From assembly GCA_016211995.1 (NCBI GenBank), contig JACRHU010000047.1, positions 1 to 33,431 on the forward strand: 33,431 nucleotides of DNA. Direction: 5' to 3'. Position 1 is the stretch's first letter; every line of letters starts with the position of its first letter. The notes beneath the pieces were generated by a model that made no database searches, had not been told where the DNA came from, and saw only the letters and a program-made list of their open reading frames with translations. The translations under genes and the position numbers were made by a program. Shown one piece after another: positions 9,045-18,276 of the stretch. This DNA comes from Candidatus Pacearchaeota archaeon (lineage in GTDB: Archaea; Nanobdellota; Nanobdellia; Pacearchaeales; DTIR01).

Positions 9045-9578
9045 ATGAGAGAAAATAAAAGAGGCATTTCAGAGCTAATTGCTTATGCTCTATTAGTGGG
9101 TTTGGCTATTTCATTGAGTGTTATTGTTTACATGTGGCTCGAGGTTTATGTTAAGCCTTCGTCAATAAACGTTTGTCCGAGTGGAACTAGCCTTATAATA
9201 GAAGATTATTCTTGTAGTCTATCAGGCATTCTCACTCTAAAGGTAAAGAACAAAGGACTTTTTAATGTAAGTGGATTTATACTTAGAATTAACAACAGGT
9301 CAAAACTAGGAGAACCTTTAGGAAATCCTATTTATAGATTAAGACCAACGACCGGACCTGGTGCAGGAGGAGATTTTTTTGTGTTTGGAGGAGATAATGA
9401 ACCATTAGCTCCTGGGTTGAATAAAGAGTTTACAGATATAGCATATTGCGGAACACTAACTGAAATTGAAATTCAGCCAATTAGACTTGAAGAAGGGATA
9501 GATGAGCCAATCTTATGCGACAAGGCAGTTATAAGGCAGAAAGTTAGTTTGTCATCTGGTTGTAAAATAGAATGTTAA
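9045..9578 (+). CDS. Archaeal type IV pilin-like protein
   Basis: KRG/ISELIAYALLVGLAI class III signal; paired Cys. Confidence 0.88.
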   Translation: MRENKRGISELIAYALLVGLAISLSVIVYMWLEVYVKPSSINVCPSGTSLIIEDYSCSLSGILTLKVKNKGLFNVSGFILRINNRSKLGEPLGNPIYRLRPTTGPGAGGDFFVFGGDNEPLAPGLNKEFTDIAYCGTLTEIEIQPIRLEEGIDEPILCDKAVIRQKVSLSSGCKIEC

Positions 9579-9615
9579 TAAAAAGATATTTAAATTATAT
9601 TAACTTGAAAATAAA

Positions 9616-10086
9616 ATGAAAAATAAAAAAGGGGTAGCTCCGGTTGTTGCAACAGTTCTTCTTGTTGCATTGACTATTGTATTAGCAGCAATAATATTCT
9701 TATGGGTTAGAGGATTTGTATCAGAGCAGATACTAAAATTTGGGCAGTCTGCAGAACAAGTATGCGATGAAATTAGTTTTGATGCTGCAATCACATCAGG
9801 TGAGGCAGGAGGTTTTATTTTAGATTTAACTAATAATGGACAGATTCCAATAAATGATTTTGATATAAAGAAGCAGCTAGACGGCAAATCAGAAATTGAA
9901 AGAATAACTGTTGGATTAGACAAAGGAGCCTCGCAACCAGTTAATATAAGATTTGATAGTGGCCTGCCAACCAGAATAACTGTGATTCCTGTTTTGCTTG
10001 GAACAGTTAAAGGAGGAGGAGCAAAATCCTTTAAATGTGCAGACAGCCTTGGAAAGATATTAGATGTCCCTCAATCTTGGGAATAG
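9616..10086 (+). CDS. Archaeal type IV pilin
   Basis: KKG/VAPVVATVLLVALTIVLA archaeal pilin N-terminus. Confidence 0.92.
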   Translation: MKNKKGVAPVVATVLLVALTIVLAAIIFLWVRGFVSEQILKFGQSAEQVCDEISFDAAITSGEAGGFILDLTNNGQIPINDFDIKKQLDGKSEIERITVGLDKGASQPVNIRFDSGLPTRITVIPVLLGTVKGGGAKSFKCADSLGKILDVPQSWE

Positions 10087-10151
10087 CAAGAGAAAGGTTT
10101 TTAAATTAATCATTCTTATAATAATAAAATAAATAAAAGAGGAAACAAATA

Positions 10152-10688
10152 ATGAAAAAAAACAAAAGAGCAATTTCTACTTTAGTTGCGACAGTCTTGC
10201 TTATTTTGATAACAGTTGCTGCAGTTGGAATTATCTGGGGAGCAATAATGCCAGTGATTACAAGGACAATGGAAATCGGACAAGCTTGCTTGAATGCAAG
10301 AGTTACGATAAATACCGAGTCTGGATATACCTGTTATAAGACAGTAGGAGCTGATAAATTTGTGAACATAATGATTTCTCGTGGTTCAGAAGACTTTACA
10401 TTGTCTGGAATCAACTTGATTCTTATAGGCGGCGGAACATCTACTTCATGGAACATACAATCAGGAAAAGCAGAGACAACTGCTACTGTTTATAGTACTA
10501 CTCCAGTTTTCCCACATACATTTGCAGATAGTGAATTCCCAGCGCCAAATGAAGAGAAAACATATACTTTCAAGGTAACTACTCAACCAGATGAAGCAAA
10601 AGTTGCGCCAATTGTTAAAGTTGGAGCAACATTAAGAACATGTTCTGTTTCATCCTCAGTGCCAGTTCCAAAAACGTGCGCTATTTAA
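10152..10688 (+). CDS. Archaeal type IV pilin
   Basis: KRA/ISTLVATVLLILITVAAV archaeal pilin N-terminus. Confidence 0.92.
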   Translation: MKKNKRAISTLVATVLLILITVAAVGIIWGAIMPVITRTMEIGQACLNARVTINTESGYTCYKTVGADKFVNIMISRGSEDFTLSGINLILIGGGTSTSWNIQSGKAETTATVYSTTPVFPHTFADSEFPAPNEEKTYTFKVTTQPDEAKVAPIVKVGATLRTCSVSSSVPVPKTCAI

Positions 10689-10822
10689 TAGTAGAATTGT
10701 AGTGGTATGAAAGAACATTTGGATAGTAGAATTTATAGTGATGGAGGTAGAGCGTACAAGGGGTAGAATATTTACTTAATTTTATTTTTAATTTAAAATT
10801 TCTTTAATTTTTATATTCAAAG

Positions 10823-11359
10823 ATGATAAACAAAAGAAAACTTGGGCAGATATGGGTTGAAACAGTTATATACACTCTAATCGGATTAGCTGTTATCGGC
10901 CTTCTTCTTGCTATTGCAAGGCCAAAAATAGCTCAAACCCAGGATGATTTTGTAATAAAGCAGACAATTAGTGCAATGAATGAACTTGACAAGAAAGTAA
11001 GTGAAGTTAAACAAGCAGTTGGCAATAGAAGGATTGTGGAATTCCAGCTTTCTAGAGGAACATTAACAATTGATTCTACAACAGAAACTATTTCTTGGGT
11101 GCTTACTGGAAGCAATTTTATGTTTAGCGAGCCTGGCACGCAAGCATCAATAGGCAGAATAAATGCACTAACAAAAAAAGTCTCAGATAAGTACGATGTT
11201 ACTTTAACAATGGATTACAATGGAATTATTTCAATGACTACTAATAATATAGATAATAAACTTGTAACTTTACAAACAGCAAAAACTCCTTATAACATAC
11301 TCATTGAAAATGTTGGTGAAGATAATGGAAAAGTAAAAATAGATATTTCTATTTCTTAA
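10823..11359 (+). CDS. Pilin-like protein
   Basis: KLG/QIWVETVIYTLIGL with Q+1 and E+5. Confidence 0.82.
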   Translation: MINKRKLGQIWVETVIYTLIGLAVIGLLLAIARPKIAQTQDDFVIKQTISAMNELDKKVSEVKQAVGNRRIVEFQLSRGTLTIDSTTETISWVLTGSNFMFSEPGTQASIGRINALTKKVSDKYDVTLTMDYNGIISMTTNNIDNKLVTLQTAKTPYNILIENVGEDNGKVKIDISIS

Positions 11360-11462
11360 TTTTTAAAAAGACAATGAAAAAATAAAAGTAGATACTACTA
11401 TTTCTTAATTTTTAAAAAGACAATGAAAAAATAAAAGTAGATACTACTATTTCTTAATTTTT
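11321..11462 (+). repeat. Tandem repeat, 49-bp period, derived from pilin 3' end
   Basis: Gene ends DNGKVKIDISIS*; two identical downstream copies read DNEKIKVDTTIS* (33/39 nt identical to the gene end). Confidence 0.9.
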
Positions 11463-11494
11463 CAACCAAGAAATAAAGAATCTTTTTTGATAAT

Positions 11495-11547
11495 AAGCTT
11501 TGCACATATTTTAGGTGAGATTATAGTCTCATTTATGTGCAAAGCTT
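11495..11547. repeat. MITE-like palindrome with GCTTTGCACATA/TATGTGCAAAGC ends
   Basis: 14-bp perfect terminal IR plus internal hairpin; same ends at 17325-17382 and a half copy near 7829-7842. Confidence 0.75.
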
Positions 11548-11574
11548 TAAAAATTTGAAATTCTTAAGTGAAAT

Positions 11575-14500
11575 ATGAAAAAGGGAGTGGTAGAAGAGGT
11601 GGAAAAGATAGAAATTAATCTCTCTCCAGTTGTTCCTTCTCTTCCTAGATTTAAAGATAAAACACAAATTGATGTGAGGTATATGCTTATATCTCCTTAT
11701 GTTTCTGCTCACATATACTGGAACAAAGAGCTTTCAGAAGTTGCTTATGAAATCGAAGAGCCAATGCTAACAGAACTAGAAAAGCAGCAGCTGGAAAAAT
11801 TGGAAAAAGGGATGCGCGAGCTAATCAATGTCAACTTACTTGTAGAAAAAAATGTAGACGCTATTTTAGAGTACATTAACAAAACTGCAAAATTACTCGC
11901 TTCAGAGCTTGGTTTGAAAATGACAAAAGATACATATAAAAAATTGTTCTATTATATCTTCAGAGATTTTGTTGGGTTAAATGAAATTGAGCCATTCTTA
12001 AGAGATTATTTTATAGAGGATATAGAGTGTAACGGGGTTGACACTCCTATCTATATAATACATAGGGTATACAGAAATCTCCGTACAAATATTGCTTTCC
12101 ATAATATAGATAATCTAGCAAGCTTTGTTGAAAAGCTTGCTCAAAGATGTGGTAGATACATCAGTTACGCTACTCCATTATTAGATGGCACTCTTCCAGA
12201 CGGTTCTAGAGTAAATGCTACATATACAGCAGATATTACATCAAGAGGTCCGACTTTTTGTTTCAAAGATGGTTATGTTCAGCTAAGTGATGGACGAATA
12301 AAAAATATAAAAGAATTATTTGAAGAGAGCAAAAAAAATTTTGGATTTAGAATCGAGAATGGAAATGAGATTGTTAAAGTTGCCAATATTAATTGTTGCG
12401 GTGTGGGGGAGAGAGATTTACAGCAAAAAGATTCTAGAATTGAGTCTATTATCAAACTAAAAGCACCTAAAAAACTTGTTAAAATTCATTTTGAAGATGG
12501 CGGAGAAATAGAAGTAACCTTAAATCATTTGTTTCATGTTGCTGGCAATTCGTTAGATCTTATTGAGGCAAGGAATCTTAAAAAAGATATGCTGATTCCG
12601 ATGCCAAGAAAATTGGAAGTTTCAGGATACAGGCAAAAAATAGATGTCTATTCAATAATAAAAGATTTTTCTTATCTTAAAAAAATATGTATAATCAATA
12701 CCCCCGCGGTAAAAAATATTGTAACTAGCGAGATGAAATCAGGAGGGAGAAATTTCAGGCAGGTTTTATCTCAGAAATATGGCGTTGAAGATTCTTATTT
12801 CTATGGAATAGTACATAAAGGAAATTCAATCTCTTTTACTATTCTGGATGGGATATGTAAACAACAAAATCTTAATTTCAATGACCTTGAAGAAATTTCT
12901 GTTAATGTTTATGGTGGAGGAACAAAAAATAAAACAAAATCAGTCAAAGTTCCAAGAGAAATTGATGAAGAGTTGGCTTATCTTACCGGTGCGTTGATAA
13001 GCGATGGCCATTTATCAAAAGAATATATAGACTTTTCGTGCTATGAGGATGGATTCAAAAAATCTGTAAAAGAAAAACTCTTAAACAAATTCGGCAGATT
13101 TGATTCTTATTGCAATGATAATAGAATTTATGTGTGTAATTTATTTGTCCCTTTCTTTTTCAATAAGCTTTTTGGCATTCCTATAGGCAAAAAATCTCCT
13201 ATCGTCAAAATCCCCGAGCTGATCTTCAAATCAGACAATAGAGTTATAGCGTCATTTATAAGGGGGTTATTTGATGGTGATGCCACTTGCAGGGCTGGTT
13301 TGAGCTACAAAACATACTCTAAATCTCTTGCAGAAGGTTTGACTTATCTTCTTGCAAGATTAGGAATATACTCTTATTTAAGAAAAACTGAAAAAGAATA
13401 TAGGGTTAATATACCTTCACCATACTATAAAAGATACAGAGATATGATAGGTTTTGATAGCATAAGCAAGACGAGTGACTTGAAAAGATTAGTAGAAAAG
13501 CAAGTAGAACATAAAACATTTATTAGACATGATAGAATCCCTGGTGCGCCGGTTATGGCTATTATAAACAGATTGGGCATAAAAAAGAAAGAGTTACTTA
13601 AAAATTGTTGTTTTAGTTATAACAGATTCCTTTATATGTCATTTTCAAAGGATTTTGTTCAAAAATTATTCGAGGAGATTACTAAGGATGAGAATGTAGG
13701 ACTTGTTAAGAAAGAATTAGAATATATAGATTGGCTACTAAACTCTAAACAAGAGTTTGTTAAAATTAGCAATATAGAGATAATCGATAATAAGGAACAA
13801 GTATATGATATAGAACTAGAACCTTGTAAATTTTTCATAGCAGGCAATAAACCGATGAATATATTTGATACAATAAGAAAATTTACAAAAATTCCATGGA
13901 CTCCTATTCAGCTAATTAGTTTAAACACATTAAGCCCTGAAATGCTCGCATATTTCTGGATTCTTATCCAATATAAATGTAATATACTAATCACAGGAGG
14001 AACAGCTTCAGGAAAAACTACTTTGCTTAATGCATTGGCATTCTTTATTCCGCCAGAAGCAAGAGTTGTCAGCATTGAAGATACAAGGGAGTTGAATTTA
14101 CCAAGAGAAAACTGGCTGCCGAATGTTGCAAGAACAGGCATAGGTGTTGGAGGTATAGGAGAGGTTGATTTATTTAGCCTTCTTAAAAATTCTTTCAGGC
14201 AGAATCCAAACTATGTTATTGTAGGAGAGGTCAGGGGAAAAGAGGCTTTTGTTTTATTTCAGGGAATGGCATCAGGACATCCATCAATCAGCACAATTCA
14301 TGCAGATTCTGTTGATACAGTTATCAAAAGACTTGAAACTCCACCAATTGAGTTATCACCAACATTAGTCAATACATTAGATGTTGTAGGAGTAATGACA
14401 CATGCTATAGTAAACAAACAAGAAACCAGAAGATTGAGAGAAGTAATTGAAGTAGTTAATGTCACACCAGAAGGAATTGCTATAACCAACACTCCATTTA

Positions 14501-14736
14501 TATGGAATGCAGCAGATGACAGATTCTATTTCAAAAAAGACAGCAGAGTACTTGAAAAAATAATGAATAGATATGGACTTTCAAAAGAAGAATTGTTGCG
14601 TGAATTTGATATAAGAACAAGAATACTTTTTAAGATGTTTCAGAATAAGATATTTGGTTTTGATGAAGTCCAGAGAATGATTAATGAATATTATAAAAAT
14701 CCTAAAGACGTTCTTACAAAATTAGGCTTAGTATAA
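11575..14736 (+). CDS. Type II/IV secretion (PilB/FlaI/TadA-like) pilus assembly ATPase, intein-containing
   Basis: IEDIECNG, TLPDGSRVN, GPTF|TIRKF, Walker A GGTASGKTT, SIEDTREL, RQNPNYVIVGEVRG, GHPSISTIHA; 516-aa extein. Confidence 0.96.
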   Translation: MKKGVVEEVEKIEINLSPVVPSLPRFKDKTQIDVRYMLISPYVSAHIYWNKELSEVAYEIEEPMLTELEKQQLEKLEKGMRELINVNLLVEKNVDAILEYINKTAKLLASELGLKMTKDTYKKLFYYIFRDFVGLNEIEPFLRDYFIEDIECNGVDTPIYIIHRVYRNLRTNIAFHNIDNLASFVEKLAQRCGRYISYATPLLDGTLPDGSRVNATYTADITSRGPTFCFKDGYVQLSDGRIKNIKELFEESKKNFGFRIENGNEIVKVANINCCGVGERDLQQKDSRIESIIKLKAPKKLVKIHFEDGGEIEVTLNHLFHVAGNSLDLIEARNLKKDMLIPMPRKLEVSGYRQKIDVYSIIKDFSYLKKICIINTPAVKNIVTSEMKSGGRNFRQVLSQKYGVEDSYFYGIVHKGNSISFTILDGICKQQNLNFNDLEEISVNVYGGGTKNKTKSVKVPREIDEELAYLTGALISDGHLSKEYIDFSCYEDGFKKSVKEKLLNKFGRFDSYCNDNRIYVCNLFVPFFFNKLFGIPIGKKSPIVKIPELIFKSDNRVIASFIRGLFDGDATCRAGLSYKTYSKSLAEGLTYLLARLGIYSYLRKTEKEYRVNIPSPYYKRYRDMIGFDSISKTSDLKRLVEKQVEHKTFIRHDRIPGAPVMAIINRLGIKKKELLKNCCFSYNRFLYMSFSKDFVQKLFEEITKDENVGLVKKELEYIDWLLNSKQEFVKISNIEIIDNKEQVYDIELEPCKFFIAGNKPMNIFDTIRKFTKIPWTPIQLISLNTLSPEMLAYFWILIQYKCNILITGGTASGKTTLLNALAFFIPPEARVVSIEDTRELNLPRENWLPNVARTGIGVGGIGEVDLFSLLKNSFRQNPNYVIVGEVRGKEAFVLFQGMASGHPSISTIHADSVDTVIKRLETPPIELSPTLVNTLDVVGVMTHAIVNKQETRRLREVIEVVNVTPEGIAITNTPFIWNAADDRFYFKKDSRVLEKIMNRYGLSKEELLREFDIRTRILFKMFQNKIFGFDEVQRMINEYYKNPKDVLTKLGLV
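12259..13869 (+). mobile_element. Intein (537 aa) with LAGLIDADG homing endonuclease, atypical C-terminal Asp
   Basis: Splits GPTF/TIRKF; starts CFKDG; block B VTLNH; YLTGALISDG and FIRGLFDGDA; block F VYDIELEPCKFF; ends NIFD, +1 Thr. Confidence 0.93.
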
Positions 14737-14758
14737 CTAAAATTAATTAGAGACAAAA

Positions 14759-14932
14759 ATGATATCAAAAGAGAAAGCGCAATTTCTCGCCCAGCTTATT
14801 CAGAGTATGCAAGAAGCTGCTTATGAGCTAGATAAGGCTATAAGAGAGACAGATTTTGCTAAAATTAAACGTGTTAAAGATTTTATTCTTGCTTTACAAG
14901 TTAAAATAACAGAGGTTACAAGAGAAAAATGA
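14759..14932 (+). CDS. Small helical protein (57 aa), not in ORF track
   Basis: MISKEKAQFLAQLIQSMQEAAYELDKAIRETDFAKIKRVKDFILALQVKITEVTREK; fills the gap and has ATGA overlap with next gene. Confidence 0.75.
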   Translation: MISKEKAQFLAQLIQSMQEAAYELDKAIRETDFAKIKRVKDFILALQVKITEVTREK

Positions 14933-16233
14933 CAATAGAATCTTTAAGAACTAATCTAATGCAGGAAAAACAATTAGTAGATAATATTCTTGTATTATAT
15001 GAGCAGTTTGAAAATGCAGCAGGAACAGAAAAAAATTTCTTCGCGAATGCGATTATTTCTTTGCTTAATCAGGTCGATATTATAAATAATTCTGTTCCAA
15101 GAATTTTAGATGAGATTAAATCAGCTAAGCAGCTTCCAATAGTTATCCAGAGAGAAGCAGAGATACAAATAGCAATTATCGGCCAGATTACACTCGATAA
15201 AAAAGATAAAAAAAAGTATCTTAAAGAGCTTGAGATAAGCAAAAGAGCAATTAATGAGCTGAAAAAAAAGACAAAAGAACCGAAAACCAGGGAAATAGAG
15301 GTTTTTAAAAAACCAAATCAGCTTGCTTCAGCTTCTTCTAAATTATTTGGAAGAATGTCTTTCAATCTTGTTGAAAAGGGCTCTTTTAAATTTATTAATA
15401 CCCAACTAAGAAAAGCAAATATGCCCTATCTTTTGTCTACTTATCTTTCACTGATGTTTTTTTTCACGCTTGTGGTATTTATTGTTTCAATATTGGCTGC
15501 TGTTTTATTCACTTTTTTTAAAGTTGGATATTTAGCAGGGCAATTTTTTCCTTCTTTTTCTTTAAATCTAGAAAATATAGGTCAGAGACTTTTGACTAAT
15601 ATAATGTATTCACTCTCATTGCCAATACTCACTTTCGCAGCATTTCTCTTGTATCCTTCAGGGGAAGCATCTTCTATAAAAACAAGAATAGACAATGAAC
15701 TACCCTTCGCGGTCTTGCATATGTCATCAATTGCTGGAAGTGGTGTTGAACCAAGCAGAATTTTTAGAATAATTGCCATGAGTAAAGAATACCCCGCAAT
15801 TGGAAAAGAGATTAGGAAAATTGTTAATCAAATAAATTTGTATGGCTATGACCTCATAACAGCTTTACGAAACACAGCAAAATCAACTTCTAATGATAGC
15901 TTAGCCGCATTGCTAAATGGACTTGCAACAAACATTTCTTCAGGAGGAACTTTGAAAGACTATCTAGACAAAAAAGCTTCAGATACAATACTTGATTACA
16001 AACTTTCAAGAAAAAGATACAGTAATATGGCTGAAACTTCTATGGATATTTACATTGGTGTTTTAATTGCAGCACCTTTAATTTTCATGATTCTTTTGAT
16101 AATGATTAATGCAATCGGAATAGCATTTGTAGGATTAAATCTAATAACTATCTCACTTTTAATTGTCGGAGGCACTATCCTAATAAATATAGGTTTCCTG
16201 ATTTTCCTTAAATTCAGGCAACCACCACAATAA
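14929..16233 (+). CDS. Type II secretion system F / TadC-like pilus platform protein
   Basis: IDNELPFAVLHMSSIAGSG, EIRKIVNQINLYGYDLITAL; multiple TM helices; follows ATPase. Confidence 0.92.
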   Translation: MTIESLRTNLMQEKQLVDNILVLYEQFENAAGTEKNFFANAIISLLNQVDIINNSVPRILDEIKSAKQLPIVIQREAEIQIAIIGQITLDKKDKKKYLKELEISKRAINELKKKTKEPKTREIEVFKKPNQLASASSKLFGRMSFNLVEKGSFKFINTQLRKANMPYLLSTYLSLMFFFTLVVFIVSILAAVLFTFFKVGYLAGQFFPSFSLNLENIGQRLLTNIMYSLSLPILTFAAFLLYPSGEASSIKTRIDNELPFAVLHMSSIAGSGVEPSRIFRIIAMSKEYPAIGKEIRKIVNQINLYGYDLITALRNTAKSTSNDSLAALLNGLATNISSGGTLKDYLDKKASDTILDYKLSRKRYSNMAETSMDIYIGVLIAAPLIFMILLIMINAIGIAFVGLNLITISLLIVGGTILINIGFLIFLKFRQPPQ

Positions 16234-16279
16234 AAGTGATATCAATCACTTATATTATAAATTTAAAAATAAATAAAAA

Positions 16280-17146
16280 ATGGAATTGCAAAAAAGCCAT
16301 TATGTAGGAATGGGATTTGCTATAGCAATCCTGCTAGTAGACTTGTTTGTTTTTGGGCTTAAAAGCAGGCTTGTATTTTTTGTTGCAGGCATAGCAGTGC
16401 TTGTTGGTGTTTTACCATTTTTAATAACAGTGATGATAGAAACAGGTAGGGCAAGAGAAAAAGAAATGATGTTCATAGAATTTACTAGAGATTTGGTAGA
16501 GTCTGTTAAAACTGGAACACCAATCAGCAAGGGAATCTTGCATGCAAAAGGCAAGGATTATGGAAGCTTAACACCACATATTTCTAAGCTTGTTAATCAG
16601 GTAGCTCTAGGAATTCCTGTTAAACAAGCCTTAAGAACATTCTCAAAAGATGTTAATAATCCAGTTATTGGAAGGTCAGTCACACTGATTGGAGAAGCAG
16701 AGGAAGCTGGCGGTTTAATAGATACTATTCTTGAATCTGTTGCAAAATCTGTAAGCGAGATAGAAGACATAAAAAAAGAACAGAAAGCTGCTGTGTATAA
16801 TCTTGTTGTTCAGGGCTATATCATCTTTTTTATTTTTATTATAATTATGCTTGTAACTGAAATTAAAATAATTCCAATGACTTTGAATTTGCCAGGAACA
16901 CAGGGTGGCATTGATATTCTTGGCGTACAGGCAGGCACTGGTGGAAGATTAACAGCAGAGCAGCTATCACTTCCATTTCTTATTTTATTGATAGTTCAAG
17001 GTCTTTTTGCTGGATTGGTCATAGGAAAACTTTCAGAAGGTTCAATAAAATCAGGAATAAAACATTCTGTTATACTTATATTCCTAGCATATCTTGTAAC
17101 AACTGGTGTACGAGTTATATTAGTCAAACCACCTGTGCCTACATAG
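16280..17146 (+). CDS. Second type II secretion system F / TadC-like protein
   Basis: FIEFTRDLVESVKTGTPI, DYGSLT, GLVIGKLSEGSIKSGIKH; TM helices. Confidence 0.92.
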   Translation: MELQKSHYVGMGFAIAILLVDLFVFGLKSRLVFFVAGIAVLVGVLPFLITVMIETGRAREKEMMFIEFTRDLVESVKTGTPISKGILHAKGKDYGSLTPHISKLVNQVALGIPVKQALRTFSKDVNNPVIGRSVTLIGEAEEAGGLIDTILESVAKSVSEIEDIKKEQKAAVYNLVVQGYIIFFIFIIIMLVTEIKIIPMTLNLPGTQGGIDILGVQAGTGGRLTAEQLSLPFLILLIVQGLFAGLVIGKLSEGSIKSGIKHSVILIFLAYLVTTGVRVILVKPPVPT

Positions 17147-17286
17147 CATCAATAGTAACTTTTAGATTATGCTCTTAGTCAAACTTACTGTAACCACTTA
17201 ACTGATGACTAGCAACTTTTAAATTATACTCCTAGCCAAGCCTACTGTAACCACTTAACTGATGACTAGCAACTTTTAAATATACT
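17117..17286 (+). repeat. Tandem repeat, 55-57-bp period, derived from gene 3' end plus downstream sequence
   Basis: Gene ends ILVKPPVPT*; copies read LLVKLTVTT* (stop 17199-17201) and LLAKPTVTT* (stop 17256-17258), each followed by ACTAGCAACTTTTAAAT. Confidence 0.85.
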
Positions 17287-17314
17287 TTTTTCTTTCTATA
17301 GTAATAAAAAGAGG

Positions 17315-17392
17315 TCTAAAATGGGCTTTGCACATAATCAACATAAAATTAATAGTCACTTACTCACATATATGTGCAAAGCATCTAAAATG
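17315..17392. mobile_element. MITE-like insertion with 9-bp flanking direct repeat
   Basis: TCTAAAATG (17315-17323), GCTTTGCACATA...TATGTGCAAAGC, TCTAAAATG (17384-17392); 69-bp in-frame addition. Confidence 0.75.
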
Positions 17393-18115
17393 TATAAAAA
17401 AAAGAAAGCAATCGGCCATTTAGAGATGATTACTTCTTTCTTAATATTTGGAGGCTTTTTATTTTTCTTGTTATTCTACCTTAATCCCCTAAAACATCAA
17501 AGCATTTCAAATGTAATTCTAGATGCTGTTAAAGCAGGTATTGATGATAATGCCACATTATACATGGTTAAGGTGCCTCTTACTGTTAGTGCAACAGGCT
17601 CTTGTTTTCAGGTCCCTATAGACGAGGTATTTAGTAATACAGATCCTAAAAAATTTTTAGTTCAAACAAACATTGGGGATACAGTGCCCTTCACAATAAC
17701 TGAGCCCAGTGGTAAGCATTATATGAATATAGAAAATAAAAATGGTATTGAAATTTATTATGTCTACTCAAGTGCAGAAGATCTATCTTCTCCTTTTCCA
17801 CCCTTACCTGCTTGTAGCCCTCCAGGTAAGTATTCTTTCACTAATCCTCTAGTTTATACTCCATATTCTGAAGCAAAATTAAACTATCTTCAACAAAAGT
17901 ACAAAATAGATTATAATGGCTTAAAAGATCAATTTAAAATTCCTAGAGCATATGATTTTGTAGTTAATATAACAGATATCTCAACTAAACAGGCTATAGT
18001 TGAAATGAAAGTTTCAAAACCTGCAAATATTGAAATAAGAGCAACAGAAATTCCTGTAGAAGTATGGACGAATAATAATATAGTAAATGCAATAATGAAT
18101 ATCCAGGCATGGTAA
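17321..18115 (+). CDS. Pilin-like protein (ancestral start probably equivalent to ATG 17390)
   Basis: KKKKA/IGHLEMITSFLIF class III-like leader with E+5; RBS-like GAGGT precedes ATG 17321. Confidence 0.78.
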   Translation: MGFAHNQHKINSHLLTYMCKASKMYKKKKAIGHLEMITSFLIFGGFLFFLLFYLNPLKHQSISNVILDAVKAGIDDNATLYMVKVPLTVSATGSCFQVPIDEVFSNTDPKKFLVQTNIGDTVPFTITEPSGKHYMNIENKNGIEIYYVYSSAEDLSSPFPPLPACSPPGKYSFTNPLVYTPYSEAKLNYLQQKYKIDYNGLKDQFKIPRAYDFVVNITDISTKQAIVEMKVSKPANIEIRATEIPVEVWTNNNIVNAIMNIQAW

Positions 18116-18259
18116 CCATTAATTGTTATCGACTCGGCATTGACCAGCCGAGACAAATGGAAGCCTATCATCAAGAAAATCCTAAAGGATTTTCAGGATC
18201 CCAAAAAGCTGGTTGCCTCCAGCAAAGCTGGAATGTTGAGCTTTTTGCGAATCGGCTTC
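18116..18259. repeat. Palindromic element cluster (GGATCC hub)
   Basis: CTCGGC/GCCGAG hairpin; GAAAATCC/GGATTTTC; GGATCC; CAAAAAGCT..AGCTTTTTG; outer GAAGCC/GGCTTC; 55-bp identity to 8224-8278. Confidence 0.8.
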
Positions 18260-18276
18260 TACCTTAGAAAAGAAAA

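Noticed and set aside
11350-11460. CRISPR array
   Set aside because: Head-to-tail units without unique spacers, derived from the gene end; no cas genes
8364-17146. Archaellum operon
   Set aside because: No FlaH/F/G-like genes; two TadC-like genes and diverse pilins fit a type IV pilus
17183-17286. CRISPR mini-array
   Set aside because: Intervening segments are similar to each other and to the gene tail
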